From positions 1,430-65,429 of IMG/VR virus record IMGVR_UViG_3300044820_000139: a DNA stretch of 64,000 nt; one strand, 5' to 3'. The notes beneath the pieces were generated by a model, which ran no database searches, was not told where the DNA came from, and saw only the letters and a list, made by a program, of their open reading frames with translations. This DNA is from a virus. Taxonomy: Duplodnaviria > Caudoviricetes. A program made the translations under genes and the position numbers. The first letter of the stretch is position 1. Every line of letters starts with the position of its first letter. This document shows, one piece after another, positions 42,754 through 50,635 of this stretch.

Positions 42754-42972
42754 ATGGAACAATTGGAACAGTTTTCAGAGTGGGCGATCACGTGGCAGGG
42801 GATTGCGTGGATTGCTGTGGTGGTTATGCTTGCAGAACTGTGGAGTTTTTGGCAGATGGGTCGAAGCCGGCGCCGGTACAATGCCAAGCTGGAAGTTGAG
42901 GCACGAGCACTCGACAAGGAATTGAAAGCTGCGGAGTTGGCGCGTACAAACCCCATCGACTTTAGAGATTGA
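42754..42972 (+). CDS. Small membrane protein
   Basis: One TM segment then a coiled coil; GAGGA RBS. Confidence 0.6.
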   Translation: MEQLEQFSEWAITWQGIAWIAVVVMLAELWSFWQMGRSRRRYNAKLEVEARALDKELKAAELARTNPIDFRD

Positions 42973-42983
42973 GGAGATTCACC

Positions 42984-43394
42984 GTGAGACAAAGAAAATT
43001 AAATGCCGCTTTATTGCTTGAGCACGCTGAACGTCAGGCGGATGAAGCAAAGCGTCTGATTGAGAAACTTAAAGGCCAGTTAGCAAAGCTGACATTGGAG
43101 CACAACGGCCTTGAAGTTGATCGGCTGGCGCGCGCGGTCCGGCTCAATGGTCAGCGGCGCGAACTGAGTCAGGTGCAGTTCGATCTGCTGGTCTCTCTAC
43201 TTCTCAACCGCGGTCGCGTGCTGACCGCCGAGGCGCTGCTGCCCATCTTCTCCAAGAGCACTTCGCGCAACAAAAACATGGTTGAGTTCCACATCTTCCA
43301 TCTGCGGCGAGCGCTTTGGCCTGGGCTGATCCGCACCGTCAAAGGACAGGGATACACGATCGATCTCGTGAGTGAGGTAACAAATGAAGCTTGA
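42984..43394 (+). CDS. OmpR/PhoB-type winged-helix DNA-binding protein without receiver domain
   Basis: LEVDRLARAVRLNGQRRELS..QFDLL..L...GRVLT...VEFHIFHLRRAL...IRTVKGQGY; GTG start behind GAGGAG. Confidence 0.85.
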   Translation: MRQRKLNAALLLEHAERQADEAKRLIEKLKGQLAKLTLEHNGLEVDRLARAVRLNGQRRELSQVQFDLLVSLLLNRGRVLTAEALLPIFSKSTSRNKNMVEFHIFHLRRALWPGLIRTVKGQGYTIDLVSEVTNEA

Positions 43395-43688
43395 AAATGT
43401 CCACGAAATTATGGAGACCTTGCAAGTTACTCTTGATAATCTCCGCAGCGAGTTTGCGGTGGTGGTTGAAGAGGCGCAGTGCGAAGAACAGATTGGCGAC
43501 CTTGTTACCCAGGCGGGAATTATTCCGCTCGCGTTGATTGAAAAAATGCCATTCTTTCCGCATTGCGGCTACTTCACGGCGACAAGCTGAAGGCCGCCAA
43601 GCTGCTCGGCATCGGCAAGACCACTTTTTACCGTAAGCTGAATCAGTACAGACAGGAAGCGAGACTGCAAAATGATGCACGCACTTAG
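43384..43688 (+). CDS. Fis-like HTH protein, split by a -1 frameshift at an A6 run
   Basis: Frame 0 gives ...IPLALIEK; the -1 frame continues NAILSALRLLHGDKLKAAKLLGIGKTTFYRKL to TAG 43686-43688. Confidence 0.75.
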
Positions 43689-44109
43689 AAACCTTTTCCT
43701 GATTGTTTGGGGCTTTGGAATGCTCAGCTTGGTAGCGCTCGGCTTTCTGGTTGTCGTCTTGAAATGGCTGCGCCGGCCACGACCATCGATCAGCGCAGGC
43801 TGTATTCCGCCCAACAGCATCGTCAACCAAACAGGATCCGCTGCACTTCGCAAACACAATTACCTCTTTACTCCCGATGGTGTCTATGAGATCAAACCGT
43901 TGCCAGCCGCGATTCGCACTATCTGCACTTGCATCTGCGGTCGCGTCATTCCTCAATACGAGTTAAGCTTTCTGATCGCTCCGCCTAAGTGTCCACTCTG
44001 CGGGTCCACGCTCCGACGCTGGGAGTACGTGTATCCAACCTGGTTTGACAAACTCGCCGCTGCTTTTCGGATGATGATCTGGAAGCGGCGCCACAGCAAA
44101 AAGAGGTGA
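43672..44109 (+). CDS. Membrane-anchored zinc-ribbon protein
   Basis: N-terminal TM segment; CICG...CPLC. Confidence 0.6.
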   Translation: MMHALRNLFLIVWGFGMLSLVALGFLVVVLKWLRRPRPSISAGCIPPNSIVNQTGSAALRKHNYLFTPDGVYEIKPLPAAIRTICTCICGRVIPQYELSFLIAPPKCPLCGSTLRRWEYVYPTWFDKLAAAFRMMIWKRRHSKKR

Positions 44110-44315
44110 CCATGAAATGCAAAGCCTATCAACTGCGCTACGACTCATCCTGTCCGCAATGTGGGGCGCGCGCCGGCGCAGCTTGCCGGAACAAGGAAGG
44201 CCAGAAGCTCCCCGGCACCCACTTTCAGCGCAATTCGAACCGCCGCCGGGCCGTGGCAGCAGCGATTGCTCTTTACGCCCCTTTACAACTTCAGATCAAA
44301 GAGAGTTTCCAATGA
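44106..44315 (+). CDS. Small zinc-finger protein
   Basis: CPQCGARAGAAC...HFQR; ATGA-coupled on both sides. Confidence 0.65.
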   Translation: MTMKCKAYQLRYDSSCPQCGARAGAACRNKEGQKLPGTHFQRNSNRRRAVAAAIALYAPLQLQIKESFQ

Positions 44316-44893
44316 CACAGCCAACATCCAAGCCATTCGCTTATGTATATACAGGGCCGGGTGGAATTGATCCGCAGACGCCTGAAGAGGCTGAGGCAGG
44401 ATGCGCCGCGCAGGAAGCGGCCGCGCATCCTAACTTTGCTGAAACTGAAACTTTTCTGCTGGTCGAAGCAATTCATCTCGCCGCGCGCGCCCACCGTGGC
44501 CAGGTCGACAAAGCCGGCGAACCTTACCTTTTTCATTGCCTGCGCGTCGGTATGAGCCTTTTGCCGGATGTGAATGCTGCGCTGGTTGGCATTCTGCATG
44601 ATGTTCTGGAAGACTCACCAGACAGAAGTGAGGCGGAACTTTCGAGAATCCTCGGCCACGGTCGGTCATGGGCCGCGCTGAAACTACTGACGCGCCTTGG
44701 TTGGCTACATTATGATGCCTACATCAACTGTATTGCTGCGAGTCCGCTGGCACGCAAAGTGAAGATCGCCGACCTGCGAGACAATTTGGATCTGCGACGG
44801 TTTACAAAGGCGATCATGAACGGCGTTCCAGTCGAGGAGATGTCGGCTCTGCGGTTGCGCTACATACGAGCCTTGGCTGTGCTGATGAAGTGA
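44312..44893 (+). CDS. HD-domain small alarmone hydrolase (SpoT/Mesh1-like)
   Basis: AARAHRGQVDKAGEPYLFHCLRV, GILHDVLED, KVKIADLRDN motifs; start at ATG 44312. Confidence 0.85.
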   Translation: MTQPTSKPFAYVYTGPGGIDPQTPEEAEAGCAAQEAAAHPNFAETETFLLVEAIHLAARAHRGQVDKAGEPYLFHCLRVGMSLLPDVNAALVGILHDVLEDSPDRSEAELSRILGHGRSWAALKLLTRLGWLHYDAYINCIAASPLARKVKIADLRDNLDLRRFTKAIMNGVPVEEMSALRLRYIRALAVLMK

Positions 44894-44903
44894 AAGAATG
44901 TTC

Positions 44904-44933
44904 TTGACAAACTGCGGACACATTTTGTATCGT
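44904..44933 (+). promoter_or_regulatory. Sigma70-type promoter upstream of the groESL block
   Basis: TTGACA (44904-44909), 18 nt, TATCGT (44928-44933). Confidence 0.55.
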
Positions 44934-45143
44934 CTCGCTTGTACTTGTTTTCACGCTGCTGCTGCTTCCCGTGTTCGCAAGACATCGCTGAATCGGGAGG
45001 AAAGGCTTTTATGCTTTCCGCTTTTTCCCCGGACCTCGACGCTATACGTCCTTACGGTCTATCTTCCAACGACATCCGCTACATTGGCATTGACCGCTCG
45101 CCGGCCACGCCTTTCCGCATCTTTATTCCTGAAAGGATTCTGC

Positions 45144-45518
45144 ATGAAAATCAAACTGTTTTCTACCTTGGCGCCTCTGTGCGCCCTGATGCTCGCAACT
45201 TCTACAGCCGCACCACAAACAGCACATCCCGTCGTAACCGGCCGCGATAAGCAGGCTGTTCCCGACTTGGTTACAGTGGCAGGTGCGCCTGTTCGTGAAG
45301 CGCTGCCCCAGCCAACCGAGGTTCAACGGCTCAAACTCGAAAACCTTCAGCTCAAGGCGACTTTGCTTTCACAGCAACAGCAGGCCTTGCAGCAGGAATA
45401 TGGCGCGCTGATTCAGACGATTATTGCCGAGCATCCCGGCTATATCTGGAATCCGCAGACCGCCGCGCTTCAGCCCGCCCCGAAACCAGTGCCTCAACCC
45501 AAACCCGCCGTAAAGTAA
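45144..45518 (+). CDS. Secreted coiled-coil protein
   Basis: ATG 45144 behind AAAGGA; signal-like MKIKLFSTLAPLCALMLATSTAA; Gln/Leu coiled coil. Confidence 0.6.
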   Translation: MKIKLFSTLAPLCALMLATSTAAPQTAHPVVTGRDKQAVPDLVTVAGAPVREALPQPTEVQRLKLENLQLKATLLSQQQQALQQEYGALIQTIIAEHPGYIWNPQTAALQPAPKPVPQPKPAVK

Positions 45519-45521
45519 CAA

Positions 45522-46109
45522 ATGCTTCGAAGGAGATTTCTCTTGGCTGAAAAAGACTTTGCGAAGTGCCCTCATTGCAACGTTCGTTACGATCCCTCAA
45601 GACCTGAGTGTGATAATCATCTGCGCTCTTGTGTCTTCTATCATCCAGGCAACGCTGAAATTCCAACGTGCCCTGAATGTGGCGTTTATTTTGATCCTTT
45701 GCGGAGTACGGCAGGCAATCACCTGCGCACTTGTCTTCATTTTCCAGGTAACGAAAGTCTGGTATCTAAGTCAGGCCCGCTTGGCGATCATATCCTTGTT
45801 CGTCCCTTTGATGCGGTCAAGACTGCCGGCGGCATGATTATCGCCGACACACAGGCGGAACGTCCCGGCGAGGGTGTTGTATTGGCGATTGGGCCGGGCC
45901 GCGTCACCGACAATGGCATTCTCATCCCTCCCGATGTCCGCCCCGGCGATCACGTTCTTTTTCCCACTTATGCCGGCCAGGACAAGAAAATCATTCTCTC
46001 TGTCGATGGCCAGCCCGAAGAATCTCTTCTGCTGATGCGACAGGATGAATTGATCTACAACCGCGGTCCTTACCAGCCCACAGAAAGGTCAAGCGATACC
46101 AATGAGTAA
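45522..46109 (+). CDS. groES: Co-chaperonin GroES fused to two N-terminal C2HC zinc fingers
   Basis: PLGDHILVRP, mobile loop KTAGGMII, GEGVVLAIGPG, VRPGDHVLFPTYAG; N-terminal C-x2-C-x13-H-x3-C twice. Confidence 0.9.
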   Translation: MLRRRFLLAEKDFAKCPHCNVRYDPSRPECDNHLRSCVFYHPGNAEIPTCPECGVYFDPLRSTAGNHLRTCLHFPGNESLVSKSGPLGDHILVRPFDAVKTAGGMIIADTQAERPGEGVVLAIGPGRVTDNGILIPPDVRPGDHVLFPTYAGQDKKIILSVDGQPEESLLLMRQDELIYNRGPYQPTERSSDTNE

Positions 46110-47928
46110 AGCCCTGCTCTTTGCCGGCCAGGTGCGTCCTGGCGGTCAGCTCCACCCTGAACTGCTCGAAGGCGTCACCCAGTTGGCTCTTGCTGTCGGG
46201 TCCACTCTTGGGCCACGCGGGCGGAACGTCATTATCGACCGCGCCGGCGACACGCCTCTGGTCACCAAAGACGGCGTGACGGTCGCGCGCAATATTCAAC
46301 TGACCAACCCTATCCACCATGCCGCCGTTAAGATGGTTCAGGCGGTTGCCCGGGCGACGGTCGAAGAAGCGGGAGACGGAACCACCACCGCCACCGTGTT
46401 GGCTCACAACCTCTTCAAGAGTGGTTTGGAGCTCGTTTCGGGGACAGCCTATACCATGCCCGGGCCAGCTTGGTTGGGAGATCGCTTTCCGTGGATCGCT
46501 CGTATACCTGGCGTCCGCAAGCCTGTCTCAATCTCGCCTGTCCTTCTGCAGCGTTCCATTGCTCTTGCAGTTGAAGCGGTGGCTACATGGATCAAGCAGG
46601 TAGCCGTGGCGCCCACCGAGGAACAGATTGCCCAGGTGGCCACCATCTCAACAAACGGCAATACCGCGATTGGCGAGTTGCTCTTGAAGGCGGTGCGCGA
46701 GGTTGGCCGGGACGGTCTGATCACCCTTGAAGACTCGAATAGTCAACAGACCTTCCTTGAATTGCGCACGGGATTTCAGTTCGACTCGGGATTCACCAGC
46801 CCTGATTTCATCACCGAGCGCAACCGAGGTGTGGCCATTCTTGAGAATCCGTACATCTTTATCACCGAGCGCGTGCTGACTCAAGGCATGGGAACTCTGC
46901 CGACCTTGCATGATCTTGGGCCTTTGCTCACTTTCTGCGCCGGCTTGAGCAGCGACGGAAAAACCCAGATCCGCGAGCCGCGGCCGTTGCTCGTTGTGGC
47001 CGACGACATCCAGGGCGATGCGGCGGTTACGCTTTCCGTCAACCATCTCAACAAAACGATTCAGGTTTGTGCGGTGCGCGCGCCGGCTTATGGCGAGTTG
47101 CGCCGAGCCATGCTGGCCGACCTGGCGCTCGTTACTGGAGGGGTAGTGCTCAAGAGTGACGGCGGCGAGGTAGTCTCCCGCTGGGTCTCTGAGGGTAAAG
47201 GCTTGCAAACCGGATCGCGGCTCGGCCAGGCTACTCGCGCGGTGGTTTCCAACAGCCGAACGATTATCGAGGGCGGAATCAACGACCCGGAAGATCCAGA
47301 GCTAGTCTCCCGCTTTGCCGCCTCACTGGTTGAACAGGCTCAGGCGATTCAGGATCCGTTGGCACGTGAGCAGATGCTGCAGAGAGCTGGCCGGCTGACT
47401 GGATCGGTTGCGGTGATTCATGTTGGCGCCGCCACTGAAGCTGAGGCGCGGGCCCTACGCGACGCCGTGGAAGATGCGGTGCTGGCAGTGCGCGCCGCGG
47501 TTGCCGAAGGAATTGTGCCGGGGGGTGGTCTGTGTCTCTTTGCCGCGGCGCAGCTGCTCGAGAACTCCGCCGAGGATATGCCGGCATATCTCGCCCTGGG
47601 CGCCAACCTGGTTGCGCAGACGCTGCGCGCGCCCCTACGGCTCATCGCTACCAACGCCGGGCAGAATCCCGATGAGATTGTGCAGCAGGTTTTCAGGCTG
47701 GCACAGTTGCATAAAGGGAAGCTAAGCCACGGCTACAACGCCGCCACCGGAAAGTTTGAGGATATGGTTGCCGCCGGTATCGTTGACCCCGCCAAGGTGG
47801 TGCGCGTGGCCCTGCAGAAGGCAGCATCGATCGCTGCGCTGATGCTCACCAGTTCCTGCCTGGTCTACTTCGATCCTGATGCGGCACGACTGCCGGCTTC
47901 GCCTGTTCAAGGACAGGTCAACCGGTGA
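46102..47928 (+). CDS. groEL: Chaperonin GroEL (divergent)
   Basis: [37 protein letters not shown]...[21 protein letters not shown] motifs. Confidence 0.95.
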   Translation: MSKALLFAGQVRPGGQLHPELLEGVTQLALAVGSTLGPRGRNVIIDRAGDTPLVTKDGVTVARNIQLTNPIHHAAVKMVQAVARATVEEAGDGTTTATVLAHNLFKSGLELVSGTAYTMPGPAWLGDRFPWIARIPGVRKPVSISPVLLQRSIALAVEAVATWIKQVAVAPTEEQIAQVATISTNGNTAIGELLLKAVREVGRDGLITLEDSNSQQTFLELRTGFQFDSGFTSPDFITERNRGVAILENPYIFITERVLTQGMGTLPTLHDLGPLLTFCAGLSSDGKTQIREPRPLLVVADDIQGDAAVTLSVNHLNKTIQVCAVRAPAYGELRRAMLADLALVTGGVVLKSDGGEVVSRWVSEGKGLQTGSRLGQATRAVVSNSRTIIEGGINDPEDPELVSRFAASLVEQAQAIQDPLAREQMLQRAGRLTGSVAVIHVGAATEAEARALRDAVEDAVLAVRAAVAEGIVPGGGLCLFAAAQLLENSAEDMPAYLALGANLVAQTLRAPLRLIATNAGQNPDEIVQQVFRLAQLHKGKLSHGYNAATGKFEDMVAAGIVDPAKVVRVALQKAASIAALMLTSSCLVYFDPDAARLPASPVQGQVNR

Positions 47929-47944
47929 TTTTGGAGATGTTCGC

Positions 47945-48229
47945 ATGATCCGAGCTTTGCGTACCACGGTTACACCAATGCGGCCTCCCCGGCTGACCGG
48001 AACCCTCTTTCGCATTTTGGATGAGGGTTTCGGATTCATTCATTCCGACTGTGGCGGCCGAGATCACTTCGTCTCCATCACAGAGATGCGCAACCGTGCC
48101 GACTGGCAGGCCGCCAGAGCCGCTATCGCCGACCAGGGAGGGATGAGGGTTAGTTTCTTCTCTGGCGCGCCCAAGGCAAAGAATCAGGCCCCGCGAGCGC
48201 TGGATGTGGCGCCGCTTTCCATGGCCTAA
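47945..48229 (+). CDS. Cold-shock-domain protein
   Basis: GFGFI (RNP1), DHFVSITEM (RNP2-like), APRALDV; GGAG RBS. Confidence 0.75.
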   Translation: MIRALRTTVTPMRPPRLTGTLFRILDEGFGFIHSDCGGRDHFVSITEMRNRADWQAARAAIADQGGMRVSFFSGAPKAKNQAPRALDVAPLSMA

Positions 48230-48257
48230 AAAGAACAAGGATATATGGGGGTCTAAA

Positions 48258-48791
48258 ATGCCAGTGATGTGGGTAACTAAAGATGGAATCAAGATGCTCG
48301 ACGACGATGGGGTTGTGCGGCCCTGGGGTGAGCATGTAGCTATGCAGAGCGTTGCTGAACTTAATCACTCAGAGGTTGATCGTCGACGTTACCTACAGCC
48401 TAGCAGATCGCTATGTTTTGCTTGTTTGAAGGCTGCGGCTATCACTATTATTATCTGTGTTTTGCTTTACGCTTTAATGCTCTTCTGTGATAGTTATTGC
48501 CCAAGGATTTTTGACTACTTTTCCGAATTTTCCACAGGGTTTATCCACAGCCCTGTGCAACGCGCGTACAGTGAAGGAAAACCGGGTGCCTTACTGCTCG
48601 GTTATCCACTTTTACAGAAAAGCGTCCACAGAATGATCCACAGGGAGCGCGTCTGTAACTGGGTTTCTTTGCTAAAACTTGGCGAGAAATCCGAAACTTC
48701 CACAGGCAACTACTACTACTACGGGTATTTATATAGTTTATCTACCCGTAAAAGCCGTCGTATCGGCGACCATCAACCGCAACCCGTCTGA
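48258..48791 (+). CDS. Hypothetical membrane protein reading through the putative origin
   Basis: Open frame with one TM segment; the C-terminal half overlaps DnaA boxes and may be fortuitous. Confidence 0.3.
   Translation: MPVMWVTKDGIKMLDDDGVVRPWGEHVAMQSVAELNHSEVDRRRYLQPSRSLCFACLKAAAITIIICVLLYALMLFCDSYCPRIFDYFSEFSTGFIHSPVQRAYSEGKPGALLLGYPLLQKSVHRMIHRERVCNWVSLLKLGEKSETSTGNYYYYGYLYSLSTRKSRRIGDHQPQPV
48528..48750 (+). other. oriC-like replication origin: DnaA boxes, DnaA-trios, AT-rich tract
   Basis: TTTTCCACA 48528, TTATCCACA 48541, TTATCCACT 48602, GCGTCCACA 48622, TGATCCACA 48634, ACTTCCACA 48696; then GGC, CTACTACTACTAC 48710-48722, and TATTTATATAGTTTAT. Confidence 0.75.
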
Positions 48792-48808
48792 AAGCACCGG
48801 AGGTGCCC

Positions 48809-49183
48809 GTGTCCAAACCTGATCTGCAGCCCGTAAACCTTGGCTCCATTGCGCACGGCGCGCTGATGGAACTCTTCAACCTGGAGATTGCCAAGATAGC
48901 CGCCAACATCGCCGACTCAAACACCAAAGCCACCGCCAAGCGCAAGGTCACCTTCGAGTTGGTTTTCCAGCCTGATGCCGACCGCAAGGCGATTGACGTC
49001 ACCACCCGCGCCAGCGTGAAGCTCGCCGGCATCGCCGATCACTCCAGCCGGATTTACCTCGGCAAGGATACCGAGGACCGTCCTCTGCTCTTCGACACCG
49101 ATCCACGCCAGGATTGGCTCTTCGAGCAGCCAAAGGAAAAGGAGAACGTCCTCGACTTCAAACAAACCGCCTCTGGCGAGTAA
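48809..49183 (+). CDS. Hypothetical phage protein (GALMELF..EIAKIAANI.D.NT.ATAKRKVT family)
   Basis: Motif of a common phage family; GGAGG RBS before GTG 48809. Confidence 0.75.
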   Translation: MSKPDLQPVNLGSIAHGALMELFNLEIAKIAANIADSNTKATAKRKVTFELVFQPDADRKAIDVTTRASVKLAGIADHSSRIYLGKDTEDRPLLFDTDPRQDWLFEQPKEKENVLDFKQTASGE

Positions 49184-49244
49184 CTCACCGCTCCGCCATC
49201 GACGCAACCGCAACCCGATAAACCGACACCTGAGGAGGTGTACC

Positions 49245-49561
49245 TTGGAAGATTCAAAAACCATTCTTGAAATCGAGCGCCTGGTCAAAGCCCAGGACGT
49301 GAACACTCTCGCGATTAAAATCGCATCACCCAGGCAGAAGTCAAGATTCCGCCGCGCATTACCCTGATTCCGCTGCGTACCTTCCCTGAGGCGCCGCCGG
49401 CGGAGAGTCAGTTCCTGATTCGCTTCAAGCAGACGCCAGACCAGACGCCAGGGATTGCGCTCTTCAACGTGGATGGCACCAAGTGGCAGGGCGACACCAT
49501 GCGGGCCATCAAGATCTACCTTGAAGAGAATCTGCCCAAGGAAATACCGATTCTGGCCTAA
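49245..49561 (+). pseudogene. Internally deleted, frameshifted remnant of the usual partner gene of the upstream family
   Basis: GAGGAGG plus TTG gives 40 aa; a second frame with no start codes VKIPPRITLIPLRTFPEAPPAESQFLIR...ALFNVDGTKW...IPILA, the conserved C-terminus. Confidence 0.65.
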
Positions 49562-49576
49562 CTACGGAGGATCACC

Positions 49577-49858
49577 GTGCATTTGTTTAATTGGATTCCG
49601 TGGCCTGCTCGTTTCCGCACTCTGCGCGTAAGGAAGCCCCTGCCGGATGGCAAGCTTCACTGTGCGGAGTGCGGAGGCGGTATTCATCGCCATGATCGCT
49701 ATGAGATACTCACCGCCCGGCATCGCGACTGCGTAGACCCAAGGATGGTAGGCCAGAAAAGTTTACTGCCTCCATCCCAGTCTAGCCAGTATGTAAAACT
49801 GGATTATATCGATGCTGACGGCGTCGTTTGTAACCCCCGCAATCCCGAGGATAAGTAG
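49577..49858 (+). CDS. Hypothetical zinc-binding protein
   Basis: CAEC...HRDC; GGAGG RBS. Confidence 0.6.
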   Translation: MHLFNWIPWPARFRTLRVRKPLPDGKLHCAECGGGIHRHDRYEILTARHRDCVDPRMVGQKSLLPPSQSSQYVKLDYIDADGVVCNPRNPEDK

Positions 49859-49862
49859 AACC

Positions 49863-50312
49863 ATGCCCCCCAAAAAAACAATTCTCTATGTCGATCCCAA
49901 CGAAAAACGGCTATCGACTATGGTCTTTGTCTTGCGAACCAACGGTTATCGAGTTATGGAGGCCTGCGACATTGCAGGCGTATCTGCTCTCCTGACAAAC
50001 CCAAATGCAATCGATTTAGTTCTTATCCAACAATGGCCTGCCGCACCGCCGGAAACAATCAACAACGATCTAACTATCTGCAATCTTTGCAGAGTTGCGT
50101 CGCACTTTTTGCCAGTGATCTTACTACGGGATGAGAAACCCACAGAAGACCACACAGCCAATCTCTGGCTTGATCGTGCGACGTTAACAACCTTCGATTT
50201 GTTGGTTAGGGCTAAGGTGATGAGCGCGCGCAAACGTGGGCCGCGCAAGGGCGTGGCGCGCGTGATGGCACTCGTAGAACAAAAACCAGCACTCGCCGCG
50301 AAGGGAGCCTAA
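49863..50312 (+). CDS. Degenerate single-domain response-regulator receiver protein
   Basis: PKKTILYVD...NGYRV...IDLVLIQ...KVMSARKRGPRK; the phospho-Asp position appears to be replaced. Confidence 0.7.
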   Translation: MPPKKTILYVDPNEKRLSTMVFVLRTNGYRVMEACDIAGVSALLTNPNAIDLVLIQQWPAAPPETINNDLTICNLCRVASHFLPVILLRDEKPTEDHTANLWLDRATLTTFDLLVRAKVMSARKRGPRKGVARVMALVEQKPALAAKGA

Positions 50313-50314
50313 AC

Positions 50315-50635
50315 TTGATCTTTCCTCTACCGTACAGCTCCATCCGGCGCAAGAAGCGCGCACGGCCGCGCAGAGGTGAGCCCAGTGCGAAAGAAAAGAC
50401 CGTGCTGCGCTGGCAGGTCTACCAGCGGGCCGAGGGGCGCTGTGAGCTCAATCTGAGCAAGGATTGTGTCCAGGGAGTGCTGGAATGGACTGGGCCAGAT
50501 CCCTGGAGCCATGGCCATCTTGTTCATCTTCGCTCGCGCGGCGCCGGCGGGGATTGGACGGTTGAGAATTGCCGCTGGGGATGCTTCCAGTGTCACCTGG
50601 GTTCCATGCACACAGAAGGGAAGAAACCGGAATGA
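50315..50635 (+). CDS. HNH endonuclease
   Basis: CE...C, HLVHLRSRGAGG.W..ENC...CFQCH. Confidence 0.75.
   Translation: MIFPLPYSSIRRKKRARPRRGEPSAKEKTVLRWQVYQRAEGRCELNLSKDCVQGVLEWTGPDPWSHGHLVHLRSRGAGGDWTVENCRWGCFQCHLGSMHTEGKKPE

Noticed and set aside
44934-45143. CIRCE/HrcA operator for groESL
   Set aside because: No TTAGCACTC-N9-GAGTGCTAA-like inverted repeat seen.
48528-48750. Host chromosomal oriC (window being bacterial DNA)
   Set aside because: No dnaA, dnaN, gidA or other housekeeping context; both flanks are phage-type small genes.
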